Positions 17,401 to 31,581 of a stretch of 64,000 nucleotides of DNA are shown here, one piece after another (positions within the stretch are counted from its first letter, which is position 1; each line of letters begins with the position of its first letter). This DNA is from the human T2T-CHM13v2.0 reference genome, Homo sapiens: NCBI RefSeq assembly GCF_009914755.1, contig NC_060938.1; one strand, 5' to 3'. The translations under genes and the position numbers were made by a program. The notes under the pieces were generated by a model. That model was not told where the DNA came from. It saw only the letters and a list, made by a program, of their open reading frames with translations, and made no database searches.

Positions 17401-17423
17401 CACGTGCACGTGCACGTGTGCGC
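17361..17423. repeat. (TG)18 followed by (CACGTG)3; 63-nt alternating purine-pyrimidine tract
   Basis: Read directly from the sequence. Confidence 0.97.
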
Positions 17424-17660
17424 TCATTTCTGCAATGCTACTTCCTTGCCATGGGCCTGCCTCATCTGGTTTCCAATAAGAAGAGTTCCAGATTGGGGAG
17501 CACCCTGCCATCCTGATTGGCCATCACAGATTCGTATGGCATTGATGTTTACAAGCTGTTTGCAAAGTGTTGCTTGGTGCTGCCTAATCTGTGGCATGTG
17601 CCTGCTTCCGACACGTCCTTTGTGGGAGGCAGAGCTGAGATTGGGTGGCGGGGGGAGGAG
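17401..17660 (+). promoter_or_regulatory. Candidate promoter/enhancer (E-box x3, CCAAT x4, forkhead, ETS, GC box)
   Basis: CACGTG 17401/17407/17413; CCAAT 17473, ATTGG 17492/17516/17640; TGTTTAC 17546; CTTCCG 17605; GGGTGGCGGGG 17643. Confidence 0.45.
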
Positions 17661-18585
17661 TTTGCCCCTGCACTGTCAGGCTGCACTTGAGGCTGCAGGC
17701 CACTTGTCTGAGGCAGGCACAGTAACCTCGGGAAGATGAAGGGCACAGGGGCCCTGTTTGGTCTCCATGTTCTAGAAATCATCACCAGGTCTCACCATGT
17801 TCATTCAGCACCTTTCTTTGGGGTTTTCTAGGAAATAACTCTATATACTGTCCATTTCAAAGATTTAGTTTTCAAAGTCCAATGAGATTTAGTGACTCAG
17901 AGAATTCTTAATTTAGCAAGCTACATGGTATGTGGCAGTTAAAAGTATTTTATACCCCCCTCCTTTAGTTTGGTGGCTGAAAAGAATCTACAGATTGCCT
18001 GTCTTATTCACTGTGGAAATTTTGTGGTCAACACATATTCACTTATTTGCCAACATGGTCTTCAGTGCTCCCTTTGGAGGGAAGATCTTCACTGGGCTGT
18101 GTCCTGGCTCTTGGTTGGTGAGGAGGTGGAGTTTGGAGAGCAGGGTGCAGCCTGCCAGTGGAGATTCTCAGGGAGTGTACTCACCAGAGCTGGGATTACC
18201 ACTGGACTCGGAACATGAGGCCTTGGCCGAACGTGGCATAAAGGAGAGACAGGAGTTCAGTGCTTTCAAGGTTATCAGGTTGGAAAGCAGTGGCAGGGAG
18301 GGAAATAGGGAATACAGCTGAGGTCAGAGAATGGAGCAGAAGAGCATGGGCTGTGTCATTCCCATGGAGGGAGGGCGTTCCTGATGCGTTGCTGGGGAGA
18401 GATGGGAACGTAGCCCTCTGAGGAATGAAGTTCCTCATGTGTGAGATCGTGGCAGGTAGATTTGGTTTTCATTTTAAAATGGGAATTAAGGCTGTGAGGA
18501 GACAGGAATGTATTGGAAAATGCCTCTAGTCAGGAGATAGTAAGAAGTATACAGGATGGAAAGGGAGTCAAAAATTAGGAAAAGT

Positions 18586-19260
<675 letters not shown>

Positions 19261-19304
19261 TCAGCCACTAGTGTCGAGAGGACAGAAGCGAAGAGAGCAA
19301 ACCA

Positions 19305-19495
19305 TTTGGACTAAGAAGGCCTGAATTTGAGTCCTGGGCTTTGCCACCTACTTTATGGCCTTAGCTGAGTTACTGAAGCTTTTTGGACTTGAATTTCCTA
19401 CCTTCATGTTGGGGATGATCATAATATTTTCCATACCTGGCCCAGTTGTAAGTGGATCAGGGAGATGGTGTACTGGAAAGCACTTGGTGCTCTGT
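19305..19495 (+). mobile_element. MIR SINE
   Basis: cctgaatttgagtcctgggctttgccacctact...aaagcactt. Confidence 0.65.
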
Positions 19496-20204
19496 GGTGT
19501 CCTGTACAAAACATAGAAAATCTGCCTCCAGTCTCTGTCTCAGTCCAGGTCCTCACCTGTCATAATAACAATTACTTTTTGTTATATACTGCCTAATTGG
19601 AAAGATTCCTGTTGCATATATGTTCTTAATCGTATGCTCTCACATATGTATTGAAAGGAAATGGGGCATAAATAACAGAAAATAGCTTGCCTCTGTATCG
19701 CCCCGGGAAATATTGGAAAATGCCATGCTAAGCCCAATAACAGCAGGGAGTATGCCACTTTTGTTTAATACTGGACATGCTGTGCTGGCACATAGTAGGT
19801 TATTGAGTTTGATATTTCGGTGAATGAAGGTCTTGCCAAATTCTTTGAGCAATGGATTTTGCATTTACACTAGCTGGAGAAAGGGAGTTACATTCAGAGC
19901 AGCCCAACTGTGTATTTTTAGTGGAAGAAGAAGGCTCTTTCTTAGGTAAGAATATAAAAAGAATCGTAGATACAGAGGTGGAAGGGACAAAAGAAGAAGC
20001 AATAGCATGGTCTCCATACTAATCCCACTTTAAAGGTGAGGGCGTGGAGAAACCATAGCTGGACAGTTAGCAACGGAAGACAGCTATGAGTCCAGACCTT
20101 TTGAGATGATGTTAAAGTCACTTAACAAGAATAAGTAAAAGGCGCTTTTCACATGTCAGAATGTTTTTTCTTGAAAATTAATGAAGGCAAATGTTCATTT
20201 TATT

Positions 20205-20706
20205 CCTGGTAACTAACAGCCTCTCAGAGATGTGTATGTCCTAATCTCCAGAACCTGTGAAAATGTTATGTTACATGGAGTAGGGGGATTTAGGTTGCAG
20301 ATGAAATTCGTTCTTGGTTGAGTTTAAAATAGGAAGATTATCCCAGATTATTGTAGTGGGCTCAATGTAATCACAGCGCCTTTATAAGTGGAAGTTGGAG
20401 GAGGAAGAGTCAATGAGAGAGACGTGATGTGAGAAATACTCAGCCAGCCACTGCTGACTTCAAAGATGGAGAAAGGGGCTATGAGCCAAGGAATGCAGGC
20501 AGCCTGAAGAGGTTGGAAGAGGCAAGGAAAGAGATTCTCCCCTAGAGCCTCCCGAAGATGTGAAGCCCTGCTGACACTTTGATCTTAGTCCAGTGAGACC
20601 CATTTCAGACTTCTGACCTTCAGAACTGTAAGATAATAAAAGTGTGTTATTTTAAGCCACTAAATTTGTGGTAATCTGTTACAGCAGCCAATTGGAAAAG
20701 AATACA
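20205..20706 (+). mobile_element. MLT1D MaLR solo LTR
   Basis: gaacctgtgaaaatgttatgttacatgg, gagccaaggaatgcaggcagcc, cagaactgtaagataataaa, ttaagccactaaatttgtggtaat, terminal aataca. Confidence 0.85.
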
Positions 20707-22780
20707 ATTCCAGCATAGCCTGCTCCTGATGGTCACCTTGTGAAGAATAATGTACTGTTTGGCATTCAGATGCTTTAATGGAGGGCTAATTTATGACATC
20801 TGGAAAGGAAGGTAAATTTAACAAGACAAGTTTGAAAGAAATAGCTGTAATTGACGAGTGCATCATTACAGGTTCCTCTTGGCCACGCTGCCCTTTTTTC
20901 TCTGCCACACAATTTCTCTGAGTGGACCCTTCTTGACTGTCGAAGAAAGTAATTAAGTCCTTTATGAGTCAGACTGACAGCAAAAGTTAGCAATCTTGTT
21001 ACAGTATTAAAACTTGCTTACAGGACCAAAGACTTTATTTGGTCTTTGAAATAAAAGTAAAATCACCATCTCTTTGTGGGTTTCTTTTCACAATGAGGCA
21101 TTGATTTGCTTTTGGAGAGATGGGAGCCCATTATGATTTTACTTTTTTTGTTGGCGCTGCTGATATTAAATCAGCGTACCTCAGGTGATGAGGTTATATA
21201 TGCCGTGTTTTTAACTTTCATCTGCTTAGTGAATTCCTTTTGTCTTTTGATCTCTCTCAGCAACCTAGTTTTTGTTTTTAATTTTAGATATGACCCTGCT
21301 TTTCCAGAACTAGATCACTTTCATTCTGTTTTGAATACTTAATAAAAGTTCCCAAAATGAACACGAGTTTTCGTAGCCTTTTGTTTTCCAAACAAGCGAG
21401 GGCTCATTTCTTCCAATTAGAATGAAACTAAAATGCGACCAAGTCAGCATTTTCATTGGAAATGTCAAGAATGTATTTCTACAAAAATATAAACTGAACT
21501 TTACCATGTAAAGAAGGAACAAAGTCATCTGTCGAAAAGCAACTCCAGGCCCCGGAGCTCACAGAGTGCCCATTATAGTCGTCCCAGAAAAGCGTTTTCT
21601 TTACCAGAGACCTTACCAGCTAGCTCAGCCTGGCACCGCAATGGGCTGACACCAGCTCTTACTATTCTCTTTGCTCGGGGTCTGAAAAGTATTTTTTGGC
21701 ACATATCTCTGATCTTTGGTTCTCTGCCTCTACAACTGGGGGTTGCTTATGACTAAATGTTTTCTGTGATAAAGTTAATTTCTGAAGCTTTTAATTTTTT
21801 ATGAGCCAAGTCACCTGTAACACTAACTCACTGTTGATAAAGTCTCGCTACTATAAAGTCCGTGCTGAGTTTTTTAAAAAGTCAGACAGTTCAGTTCTCC
21901 TGTGAAATAGCAGATAGTCAATGATATAATCATTTGAATCTGACACATTCTTACAATAGCTCAGCTCCAGTGCATTTTTTAGGGGTGAGTGTGGAAAAAA
22001 TAAGCTATGAAAAGCACTCATAGCCAGATGGAAAAAGAGAAGGTTTTGGTTTTCTCTCTCTCAACAGCCAATATGCCCAAATCTGTAGAATTAAAATAAA
22101 AAGCTGTTAGGACCCATGATAGGCTTACATTTTTTTCTGAGGTTTCACCTAATGATGATAGTGATCAAAATCCTGCATGATCATCATTAGAGTTTATAGC
22201 ATGTTTAATTTGTGCATTAAAAATCACATTAATTGTGATTACTCAAGGCTATATATAATAATGACACAGAAATATTGTACTTTAGTTTATAAAAGGAAGC
22301 CTTTGAATCTTGGCTGGGCTTATGTGTCCTAAAGAGAAAAAAAAACCTAAAAAATTCAAAGATTAGTTAATGAAGAAGAATTAATGTTAATAATGTCATA
22401 GCTCTCTCCCCTTTTAATCCATAAAGCCCTGTTTATTAATAGCAACAGCAATAACAAGAATGAGCATATTCCCTCTTTCCCCCACCAGTGGCCTTCACAG
22501 CTTGACAGAGCGCTTCATTCTGCTGAATGAGCAACACTCAGGACACCAGTGGCCTTCCGAGTGGGCAGAAATTCCTTGGGCAGCTCCAGATCCCAGCAAA
22601 CCACTTAATCAGCCTTTACATAAAAATCGTAGCCTAGAGAAGGCATTTGAGGAAACTCTTCCTTATGCTAGCCTTTTCCCCTCCATTGTGGCCTCTGGAA
22701 TCAGTAAGGTTAAAAAGAGAACCTGACATACTAGACTGTTTCTATCAAACACTGAGTTTGACAGAAAATAAGCCAGTTGG

Positions 22781-23085
22781 GGCCAGGCGCAGTGGCTCAT
22801 GCCTGTAATCCCAGCACTTTGGGAGGCCGAGGTGGGCAGATGACTTGAGGTCAAGAGTTCGAGACCAGCCTGGATAACATGGTGAAACCCCATCTCTACT
22901 AAAAATACAAAAATAAGCTGGGCTTGGTGGCAAATGCCTGTAATCCCAGCTACTCAGGAGGCTGAGGCATGAGAATCACTTGAACCCGGGAGGTGGAGGT
23001 TGCAGTCAGATGAGATTGCGCCACTGCATTTCAGCCTGGGTGACAGAGTGAGACTCTGTCTAAAAAAAAAAAAAAAGAAAAAAGA
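22781..23085 (+). mobile_element. AluS (Sx/Sz)
   Basis: Full-length dimer; TSD gaaaa(t/g)aagccagt. Confidence 0.92.
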
Positions 23086-24022
23086 AAAGAAGCCAGTAAT
23101 AACTGTTGTCATTGCTAATGATTAGCAGAGATAGATCTACTCAAACTGCAGATAGAAATCCTCTGATCATGCCGTCACCCTGATTGACACCAGAGCCGCA
23201 CAGTTCTTTACTGAAGGGAGCCAGATGGGCAGTGATGGGGGCCTTGCACCACTGGAATGGAGCTTCTGTTTGTTTCTGAATTGCATTTATTTACTGCAGT
23301 GGATTTGAGTTGCTACTTTAAAAGCTGGTTGTTGATGTTTGGAAAATAACAACTAAAAATTTACATGGAGAAAAAGTTTTTTTTCAAAGAAAAGCCTTTC
23401 CATTTTGGTTTAAGTTGTATATAGTTAGCCAGTTTCTTCTACTTTTTTGCTTTCCTTCAGTCTGTCCCTTAATGTTCTTATTTTTATGATAAGATACCAT
23501 CATTTTTATATTCACTTGAATATGATAGACTAATCTACATATGTCTCCAAGTCTTCTTTGAGTCATTAGAAGCTCTTTCCTGCTTGATAGAGTTTGGGCT
23601 ATTATTAATTTGATTTCTTATTTTAAAATCTCATCTTTTTTTGAATGTGAATGTCTTCATTTCCCCTAATGCCTGTTCAGTCAACTCTAATTTCTGTTTC
23701 TTGAATCTAGGGTCATCTTCATTAGTTTAATTACTGTAGAAGCCTGTTTCCTAAATGTGCTAATAGCATGAAAATGACTTATTTCCATGTTCTCTGTTGT
23801 GCTATGCTAAGAAACAGGCAAAAAGAAAAATTTGTACAAGAAGACTGAAAAACATCTGTTTTTTTCAAATGACCCATTCAAAGCAGTTGCACCCACCCTC
23901 ATCCATCTGCGTGCTAGGATTTGGGTATAAGGGGCTAAAATTGGCATAGAAGATGGGGTGGGAAGACTACCCGAGGCAGTCAGTAGCAGAAAGAGCTGCA
24001 TTCCTCAGAGAAAGTGAAAGCC

Positions 24023-24557
<535 letters not shown>

Positions 24558-24963
24558 TCACCTCTACTGGTAAGTAGGTTCATTGTGTGTGATATGCCAG
24601 GCTGGTTTAAAGGGCTAGGGCTGGTTATGAACAGTCCTGATGTAATAAAAATATCTTTACAATTCACCCAAGGGTTCTCACCTATTGTTGAAAAAGTTAC
24701 CTTCTCTGAGATGTTTGAGCCATTATGGTGCAACCTCTATTCCAAAACTCCAGCTAAGGCCATTTCTCTGCACTCCTGACTTATAGTGTCTGTCTTCCAG
24801 TTCCCAGGACGTGAAGTTAGAAGATGGGATGAATGATATGTTTGCATTTGATCTTTCTTCTATCCCTTCTTTGCAAGATTATTTCACCTTGTTCCTTAAG
24901 TTTCACATGGTATTGCTTTTACTCCATCGATTACACATCATAAGACAATTTGTATCTTTAAAG

Positions 24964-25626
24964 TGAAGTTCTCAAAGTGTGGTAGGGACTCAAAGGTCCC
25001 TAAGGTCCTTTCAGAGGATCTGCAAGGTCAAACCCGTTTTCACAATAACGCTAAGACATTGTTTGCTCTTTTTTGCTCGTGTTACCTCACGAGTGTACAG
25101 AGTACAAATTCACCCGTAAGATTTTAGATTCCATGTCGCAAGTAACCTTTAAGAAACGACCAGTTGTCAAGTTTTAGTGTCCGTCAAAGAACATCAACAA
25201 TTGTCTAAGAAGGCTATTGAAATACTGCTTCCTTTTCCATCTACATTTCTGTGAGCCTGGATTTTCTTTATATACTTTAAAGAGCATATCCTAACAGATT
25301 GAATGCAGAAGGAGATATGAGAATCTAGCTGACTGCAATTAACAGATACATGAAAGAGTTTTGTAAAAATTTAAAAACTGTGGCTCTTCTCACAAAGTTT
25401 TTTTCTGGAAAAGATAATTTTTTTCATAAAACATGTAATTTATGTTAACATATAATGGGGTTATTGTTATTTTAAAATAAATTAATGAATACATATTTTT
25501 TAAGTTTCTTGGTTTTGTAATATGGTTAATCTCAGTTATAATCCACATAAACAAAACTCTTTGGTGTTATCAGTAATTTTTAAGAGTGTAAATGGGTCTA
25601 AAGACTAAAAAGTTTGAGGACCATGG
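24964..25626 (+). mobile_element. Charlie1-family hAT element, internally deleted
   Basis: Both ends present (gttctcaaagtgtgg... / ...aaaagtttgaggaccatgg), 8-bp TSD ctttaaag at 24956 and 25627; degraded transposase C-terminus (QLSKKAIEILLPFPST; NRLNAEGDMRI). Confidence 0.85.
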
Positions 25627-26407
25627 CTTTAAAGTAAGCATTTGTTTGGATACTGGAAAAATTCTGTTTGTTTAATGACACGAATGCATACCATAAACTT
25701 GGGTATTAATAACAAAAGGGACTTTTAAGAGCACTTATCTGGGCCTCTTCTTTCTTCTGTGCCAGTGGTCGGCACCTTTCCCTCCTCTTTCTATAAACGT
25801 GAGAAACATTTAAATACTATCTATTTCGTTTTCATAAAGTGTTTCAGGTTGCCTATAATAGTTTAATAAAAGCAAGTGGTTTTGCCCTTTTTTGCCTCAG
25901 GAATGCAAAGCCTTACAACAAAAATTTCATTGATTCTCAGTTATTTATAAAATAAAGGCCAAAGTACCCACTTCCTGAGAGGAAGACTGGAGAAACCCAC
26001 TGTTTTCTCCCGATTTAGAGAGAGACCTGTGACATGGGAAGTGGCTCTGTGATTGTCTAATGAAGTCCTCAAGTCAGAGGGGAGACCAGGATGGGACCTG
26101 GTTCTTTTGAGTCCAGCTCAATCATCTCAAAATGTGCCATTCTTACTGCACCATCTTTCTTTGGTAGTATGCCCAGTGTGTGTTTAATTAAGATTAACTA
26201 ACAAAAGGGTGGTCAGATGCCATGTATCTAGTGAAGAGGAGATGGCTGAGAAGTTGAGTCCTGGCACCTTCTCTTGGCTTCTGACAAGTTCACCTGGAAC
26301 CTTGGAAAGTTGCCCAGCCTCCCTGGCACTCTTGGTCATCTGTCAATGAAGACTGACCCACCTGGAGAGGTGGGATGCAGCTTTATAATTTACATGGCAA
26401 TTTTTGG

Positions 26408-26525
26408 CTGCTTTACCTCATTTAATTCTCACACAGCAAACCTCTTAAAGTAAGTAGGGCAGATGTCATTACTTCCATTTTGCAGTTGAGGAAATACCTG
26501 AGATTATGTGATCAGTAAGTGATGA
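26408..26525 (-). mobile_element. MIR fragment
   Basis: ctcatttaattctcac...ccattttgcagttgaggaaa core. Confidence 0.65.
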
Positions 26526-29394
26526 CACTTAATTCTATTCCTTTTCCTAACAATACAAAACCTCTGCCAATGTTTACATGAACCACGTCTCTTGGTCCAT
26601 GAAAAATACATGTTCAGAGCACAGGAGATGTATTTGACTCCTCAAGTTGCAACTCTGAATTATTTCACACGGAAATACCTGTGGTCCTTTAGAATTGATG
26701 GCACTGTAAGTACTATGTTTCAGGAACATCCTGGGCTAAGCAGATGTTTGTGGATTGACATAGGTCCCTGATCACCTCTTATAGCATGATTTCTTAAAAG
26801 GGTGTTCCAGGTTCCACACAACCTATTTATAAATGAACTTTTAGAACACAAGTCATTCTGTTGTTGTGTTTATTCTTTTTATTTTGTTAAATGAACCGCA
26901 TTTACTCAATGTTCTCTATTTTAATGTTTACCATTTTTATTTAGTGACTTTCTTGAAATAGATGGTATTACTAATATTTTTAAGCATTAAAATATTACTT
27001 AAAGTGAGAGCACGGGCTCTAAAAATATAATATTTAAAAATGCTTTACTCCATTATTTTAATACGTATAGGGACCCTCCCCTCCCCCCCGATAGAAGACA
27101 GATTTAATTATAAAATAGAAGTGAGTGGGAAAAATTCTCTTATCAGAAATTTCCTATGTAAAAATAAAAGTTTGCTGTATTCCATCCCCTTTCAGGTAAA
27201 ATTTACTTGTATTTATAAGTAGCTATCTAATATGTGGTGTATCCCATGTGACTCTATAAAATCACACACTATTTCTAGAGAAGATAACTGCAGGCAAATA
27301 GCTTCCTCTATTTAAGTTTCATCTCAAGAATGGAAACATAAACCTTCCCATAGGAAAGATTATAAATTGCCTTGCTCCCTCTGCTCATGCACATTTTATA
27401 CCTGTCTTTATTGTTCTCTTTAAAACTATTCAGCGTTAACCCCACACTTTCTTATATTCTAGGGGGAAATACCTTTCTATAACTATTGAATTATGGGACA
27501 ATGCCTATTTTTTTTCTTTTTGATTCTTTAGAAGTTCTTAAAACTTTCAAAAACAGACACATCTGCAGAAAAGATCACATACTAATACACTACTCTTATT
27601 TGCCTTTTTCATTGCATTAGAAGCCTATTCTGCCAGTGAGGACTTCGTATCATTGTATGTAGCTGTGTGTGTCTTGATGGTTGTGTCCATCAGTGCTCTT
27701 TAAAGCATGGGAACGTGGGAAGGCTCCCTCCTGGTTGAGGCCCCAAGCTGGCAAGGTGATATCCCACATAATCCCAAACAAATTGTTCTATCTTTAGATA
27801 AGCAGATATAGTCATAATTACCATTATTGGCTCACTCCATTACTTAATAATGTGGAACCCAATAGTTGTGAATTCCTTTGGTTAAGCTATGTTTCCATAG
27901 AATTAAACTTATTGATTTATTAATAATTATTTTGTTTGGACAATTTAAAGTCTTTTAATGCCTATCTGGTCACCAACCTTGTAGTTTTTATTTTCACTCC
28001 AATTTTCTGAAGTAGCAATGTACGTAACAGGAATTCTGAATTTAAAGACATGGAAAATTCCATTTAATGAGGTACTAATGAAGAAATACTGTCCTTTAAT
28101 TACAAAATAAGAATTTTGAATATGACCTAGTGAAAGCTGAAGAAGCCTGGACCTCAAATTATTTCCAGCCAATTTACCTTTGAGGGTAAAATTTATTCTT
28201 GTTTTACTTATGTATCAAACAATTTATTCAAACCCTGATGAATTACAAATATACAAATATATATTTAAAAACCATGGGATTTTTAAAGGCTTCAAAATTA
28301 AATATTTAATTGTGTGGTGATGTTTAAATATAGTAATATTCTTTACAATTCTATGAGAATAAAGGAGGGAAGATGGAAGGCTCATTCATTTCCTTGAAAT
28401 AATGTATTCGTAGGATAAAATATGGTATTTCTTTCTTAACTATATATGGAAGGATTGTGATTCCCCAAATACACTGGACTCTTTCAACAAAAGTAAATAT
28501 AACTGTGCATTAAAACATACAAATGATCAACAAACTATATTACAAGAACATGCATATGTGAATTCCTATTAATATTGAAAGCACTGAACCATTTTCTTCA
28601 CTCAAAGTTCAGGGTAGGTTTGCTAGAATTCTGTAAGAAAGAATCTGTAAGGAGGAGAGAATCTTTCCCTTTTTTTTTTCAGAGAAAAGTGGGGGAGCAA
28701 GGAAGACATTTTAAGTTGGCCAGGTCCCTAGTGGCTTCACATTTTTGTCTTCTTTGAAATTGAGAAAATGAACAAATGTCTTGTATTCCGTGTACTGATA
28801 TTGCATGCAGTCAGTTTGATGAGTCATTAGATTTCATGATTAATTTTAAGAAATCTTTCGACCTCTTCCTCCATTGGAGTTCTCACTGCCACTACTCACA
28901 CTACAGAATTAGTACTCAGGCCCTACTGATGACAACTTTAAAGTGCACCTGGATCACCATTTAACAGGTGTTCCCACAACAATTCATTTCTCTGCACTCA
29001 TAACCATGCCTAGCTTGTGAATTTCTTGAAAGTTGGGTGCCTTATTTTAGCCGTGATATAAATTGTTTTCACAACTTTATTGATAACTACACTGGTTGGA
29101 AAAAAACTCAAAGCCTTCCTGACATCGAAATAGATGATGCCTTTTAGGCCTGGCCCTGAGTTATTGGAGAAGATTAGTATGATATAATTTGATCTTTAAG
29201 AAGCCATTCTATTTATTACCATGTTTTTTCCCGAAGGAGTTTGCAATTGATTGTGCCCAAAATTATCAACATTTTGGTGACAAACTTTGTAAGAATAAAA
29301 TATTAAATACTCTCAACTTGAGTAAGATGGCTTCTGGTGCAACTCAGATTAAAATTGGCATGGAGCTATATGGTATTGCTGATGTACTTTATTT

Positions 29395-29585
29395 CCAGTG
29401 GTGTGCTGGAGCCGCCTCCCACCAGCTCCCGTGAGCTGATCATGCACAGCTTTTTCCAACTATGCTTTCACCTTGGTAGTCTGAAATCAGCCATGTTAGG
29501 AGTATTTACACCAAGGAAATTGGCATATGCTACAAATCCATCCCTCTGCCCCATGAGAACCAGTTGTTAAAATATTTACTACTGC
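29395..29585 (+). mobile_element. MER63A-like hAT-Blackjack fossil
   Basis: cagtggtgtgctggagccg...gaaatcagccatgttaggagtatttacaccaaggaaattggca...ccagttgttaaa. Confidence 0.75.
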
Positions 29586-30739
29586 TTAAAAACCAAGAGA
29601 TAATAAATTTACAGTTCTTAGATTTTTCAGCAGTATCTACTGAGAAGCAATCACAAAGGAAATATCAGGTAAGGTCTTTGACTTTGAGAAATCACAGGTT
29701 TAGCCAAACCATCTCCATCTAAGCATTTATCAAATTTCTCTTTAAACTTGAAAATCAACTGAAGAATTTAAGTCAAGTTTAGAATAGATAAATATGTCTT
29801 TGAGTATATTTTACAATGTCTGTTTGATTTAGTAGATCCTTCTGGGGACAGGTCTTTCTAGAGTTTGGAGAGTTACCAAGTTACTAAGGTGTATTTCCTC
29901 AGGGCTGCTTCTTGCTTGTTCTCAGAGAAGTTGGCCAATCACTGACAAAATGCATTTCTTTTCCCCCTTTTCCTGTCGTTTGTTTTATTTTTAAGCTAGC
30001 ACTTGTATTTTGGAAAAATTATTTACTCAAAGATATCTTGGGCAGGAAAGAAAAATGTTTTACTTCAGTTATTTATTGGATCTCTATAAAGCAATATGAT
30101 TTCTCCTAAGGCTAACTATATAGTAGGACTAGCATCATAAAAAAGTCATGTCTTTAAAAATGCCAAAAATTTGATTTTTTGTATAGAAAGAAAAAAAGAG
30201 CCCCTTTATTAATCAAATATATGTCCCTTTAAAAATGTTTTGAGGGTAAATTTATAGAATCATTTCCAATGTGTAGACAACTGCCATCAAATGCATTCTT
30301 AACAATGATTTAAAATAGAATGAACTGTAAGTGGGAAAATTGCTAAGGATGATAATCTCCTGATACAACTAATAGGTAATTATTTTAAGTCAAAATGTTA
30401 ATTCATCAAAATCAGTTTCTTAATTCAGATATGGTTGTTATCAAGACTTTGAAAATGATAACTTTCTTTTCATCCTATCCAAAATTCTATTTAAAATTCT
30501 TTAATCCCTCGGGGTAGGAGGAGTAATCTTGAGCTCTTGCCTTCTCATCTACATTTTTCTTTTCTGACTGTGTCTATATGCTGTAACTTAGTGCTCAGCC
30601 CATTTCACATAGCAGGTGTTTTTTCCCTATGTAACATATTCTTAGAGGGAATGACTATAACAAGTTTAACCAAGGGCATGTTAAGAAATTGGGGAGGGGA
30701 CTGTGCCTTGGCTAGGGATAACCTTTTTTGTTTTAATCA

Positions 30740-31062
30740 TTTTTTTTAATTTAATTTTTTAAACTTTTAAGTTCAGGGGTACATGTGCAGGTTTTGTTAT
30801 ATAGGCCTTGTGCCCACTAGTTATTTTTCCTGATCCTCCCACCCTCTCCACTCTGATAGGTCCCAGTGTCTGTTGTTCCCCTCTATGTGTCCAAGTGTTC
30901 TCATCATGTAGCTCCCACTGGTAAGTGAGAACATGCGGTATTTGGTTTCTGTTCCTGCTTTCGTTTGCTAAGGATGATGGCCTCCAGCTCCATCCATGTT
31001 CCTGCGAAGGACATGATCTTGTTCTTTTTTATGGCTGCATAGTATTTCATGGTGTATATGTA
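30740..31062 (-). mobile_element. 5'-truncated older L1PA (about L1PA13) 3' end with an internal deletion
   Basis: gttcaggggtacatgtgcagg, gtaagtgagaacatgcggtatttgg, tttatggctgcatagtatt; TSD cct(t/a)ttttgttttaa. Confidence 0.85.
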
Positions 31063-31279
31063 CTCAGCCTATTTTGTTTTAACTGAAAGACAAAAACAGG
31101 GTCAGGTAAGTCAGTTAATTTTTTAAAGTATTGTTTATTTTCCTTTGGACTTGAAAGACTTTTTTTTTCTTTTTTTTAATTGATCTCAGGGGAACTTCTA
31201 TCATCTAGATGACCTTAAATTTAGCATTTCTTCTACCAGTCATCCAACTAAAACTGATGGCTACTCTTGGGTGGGTGTT

Positions 31280-31550
31280 ACGTACATTCTAGGCCTGTGT
31301 GAGCCTTATATACATTATTTCATGAGGTTGGCATTATTATAACCCTTACTTTTTAGATGTTGAAACAGAAGGCTTGGGAATTTAACTACCTTGCCCCAGG
31401 TCTCACAGTTAGCAGCCGCTGAGCCAAAACCCATCTGCAAAGGGGGCCTAGTGTCAGTAACCCCCTCATAGGGTTGTTTTGAGGATTAAAAGAAAAAGCA
31501 AACAGAAAACTGTCCATAACAGTGCCTCCAACAAAAATAAGCACCATGTT
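31280..31550. mobile_element. Two abutting MIR fragments of opposite orientation
   Basis: ttttagatgttgaaacagaaggctt...ccccaggtctcacagttag (-) followed by cctcatagggttgttttgaggattaaa (+). Confidence 0.55.
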
Positions 31551-31554
31551 GGAG

Positions 31555-31581
31555 CATCATCATCATCATCATCATCATCAT
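31555..31581. repeat. (CAT)9 microsatellite
   Basis: Read directly. Confidence 0.95.

Noticed and set aside
17275-17739. 154-aa ORF
   Set aside because: Kept open by the (TG)n repeat (VCVCVC); no coding signature
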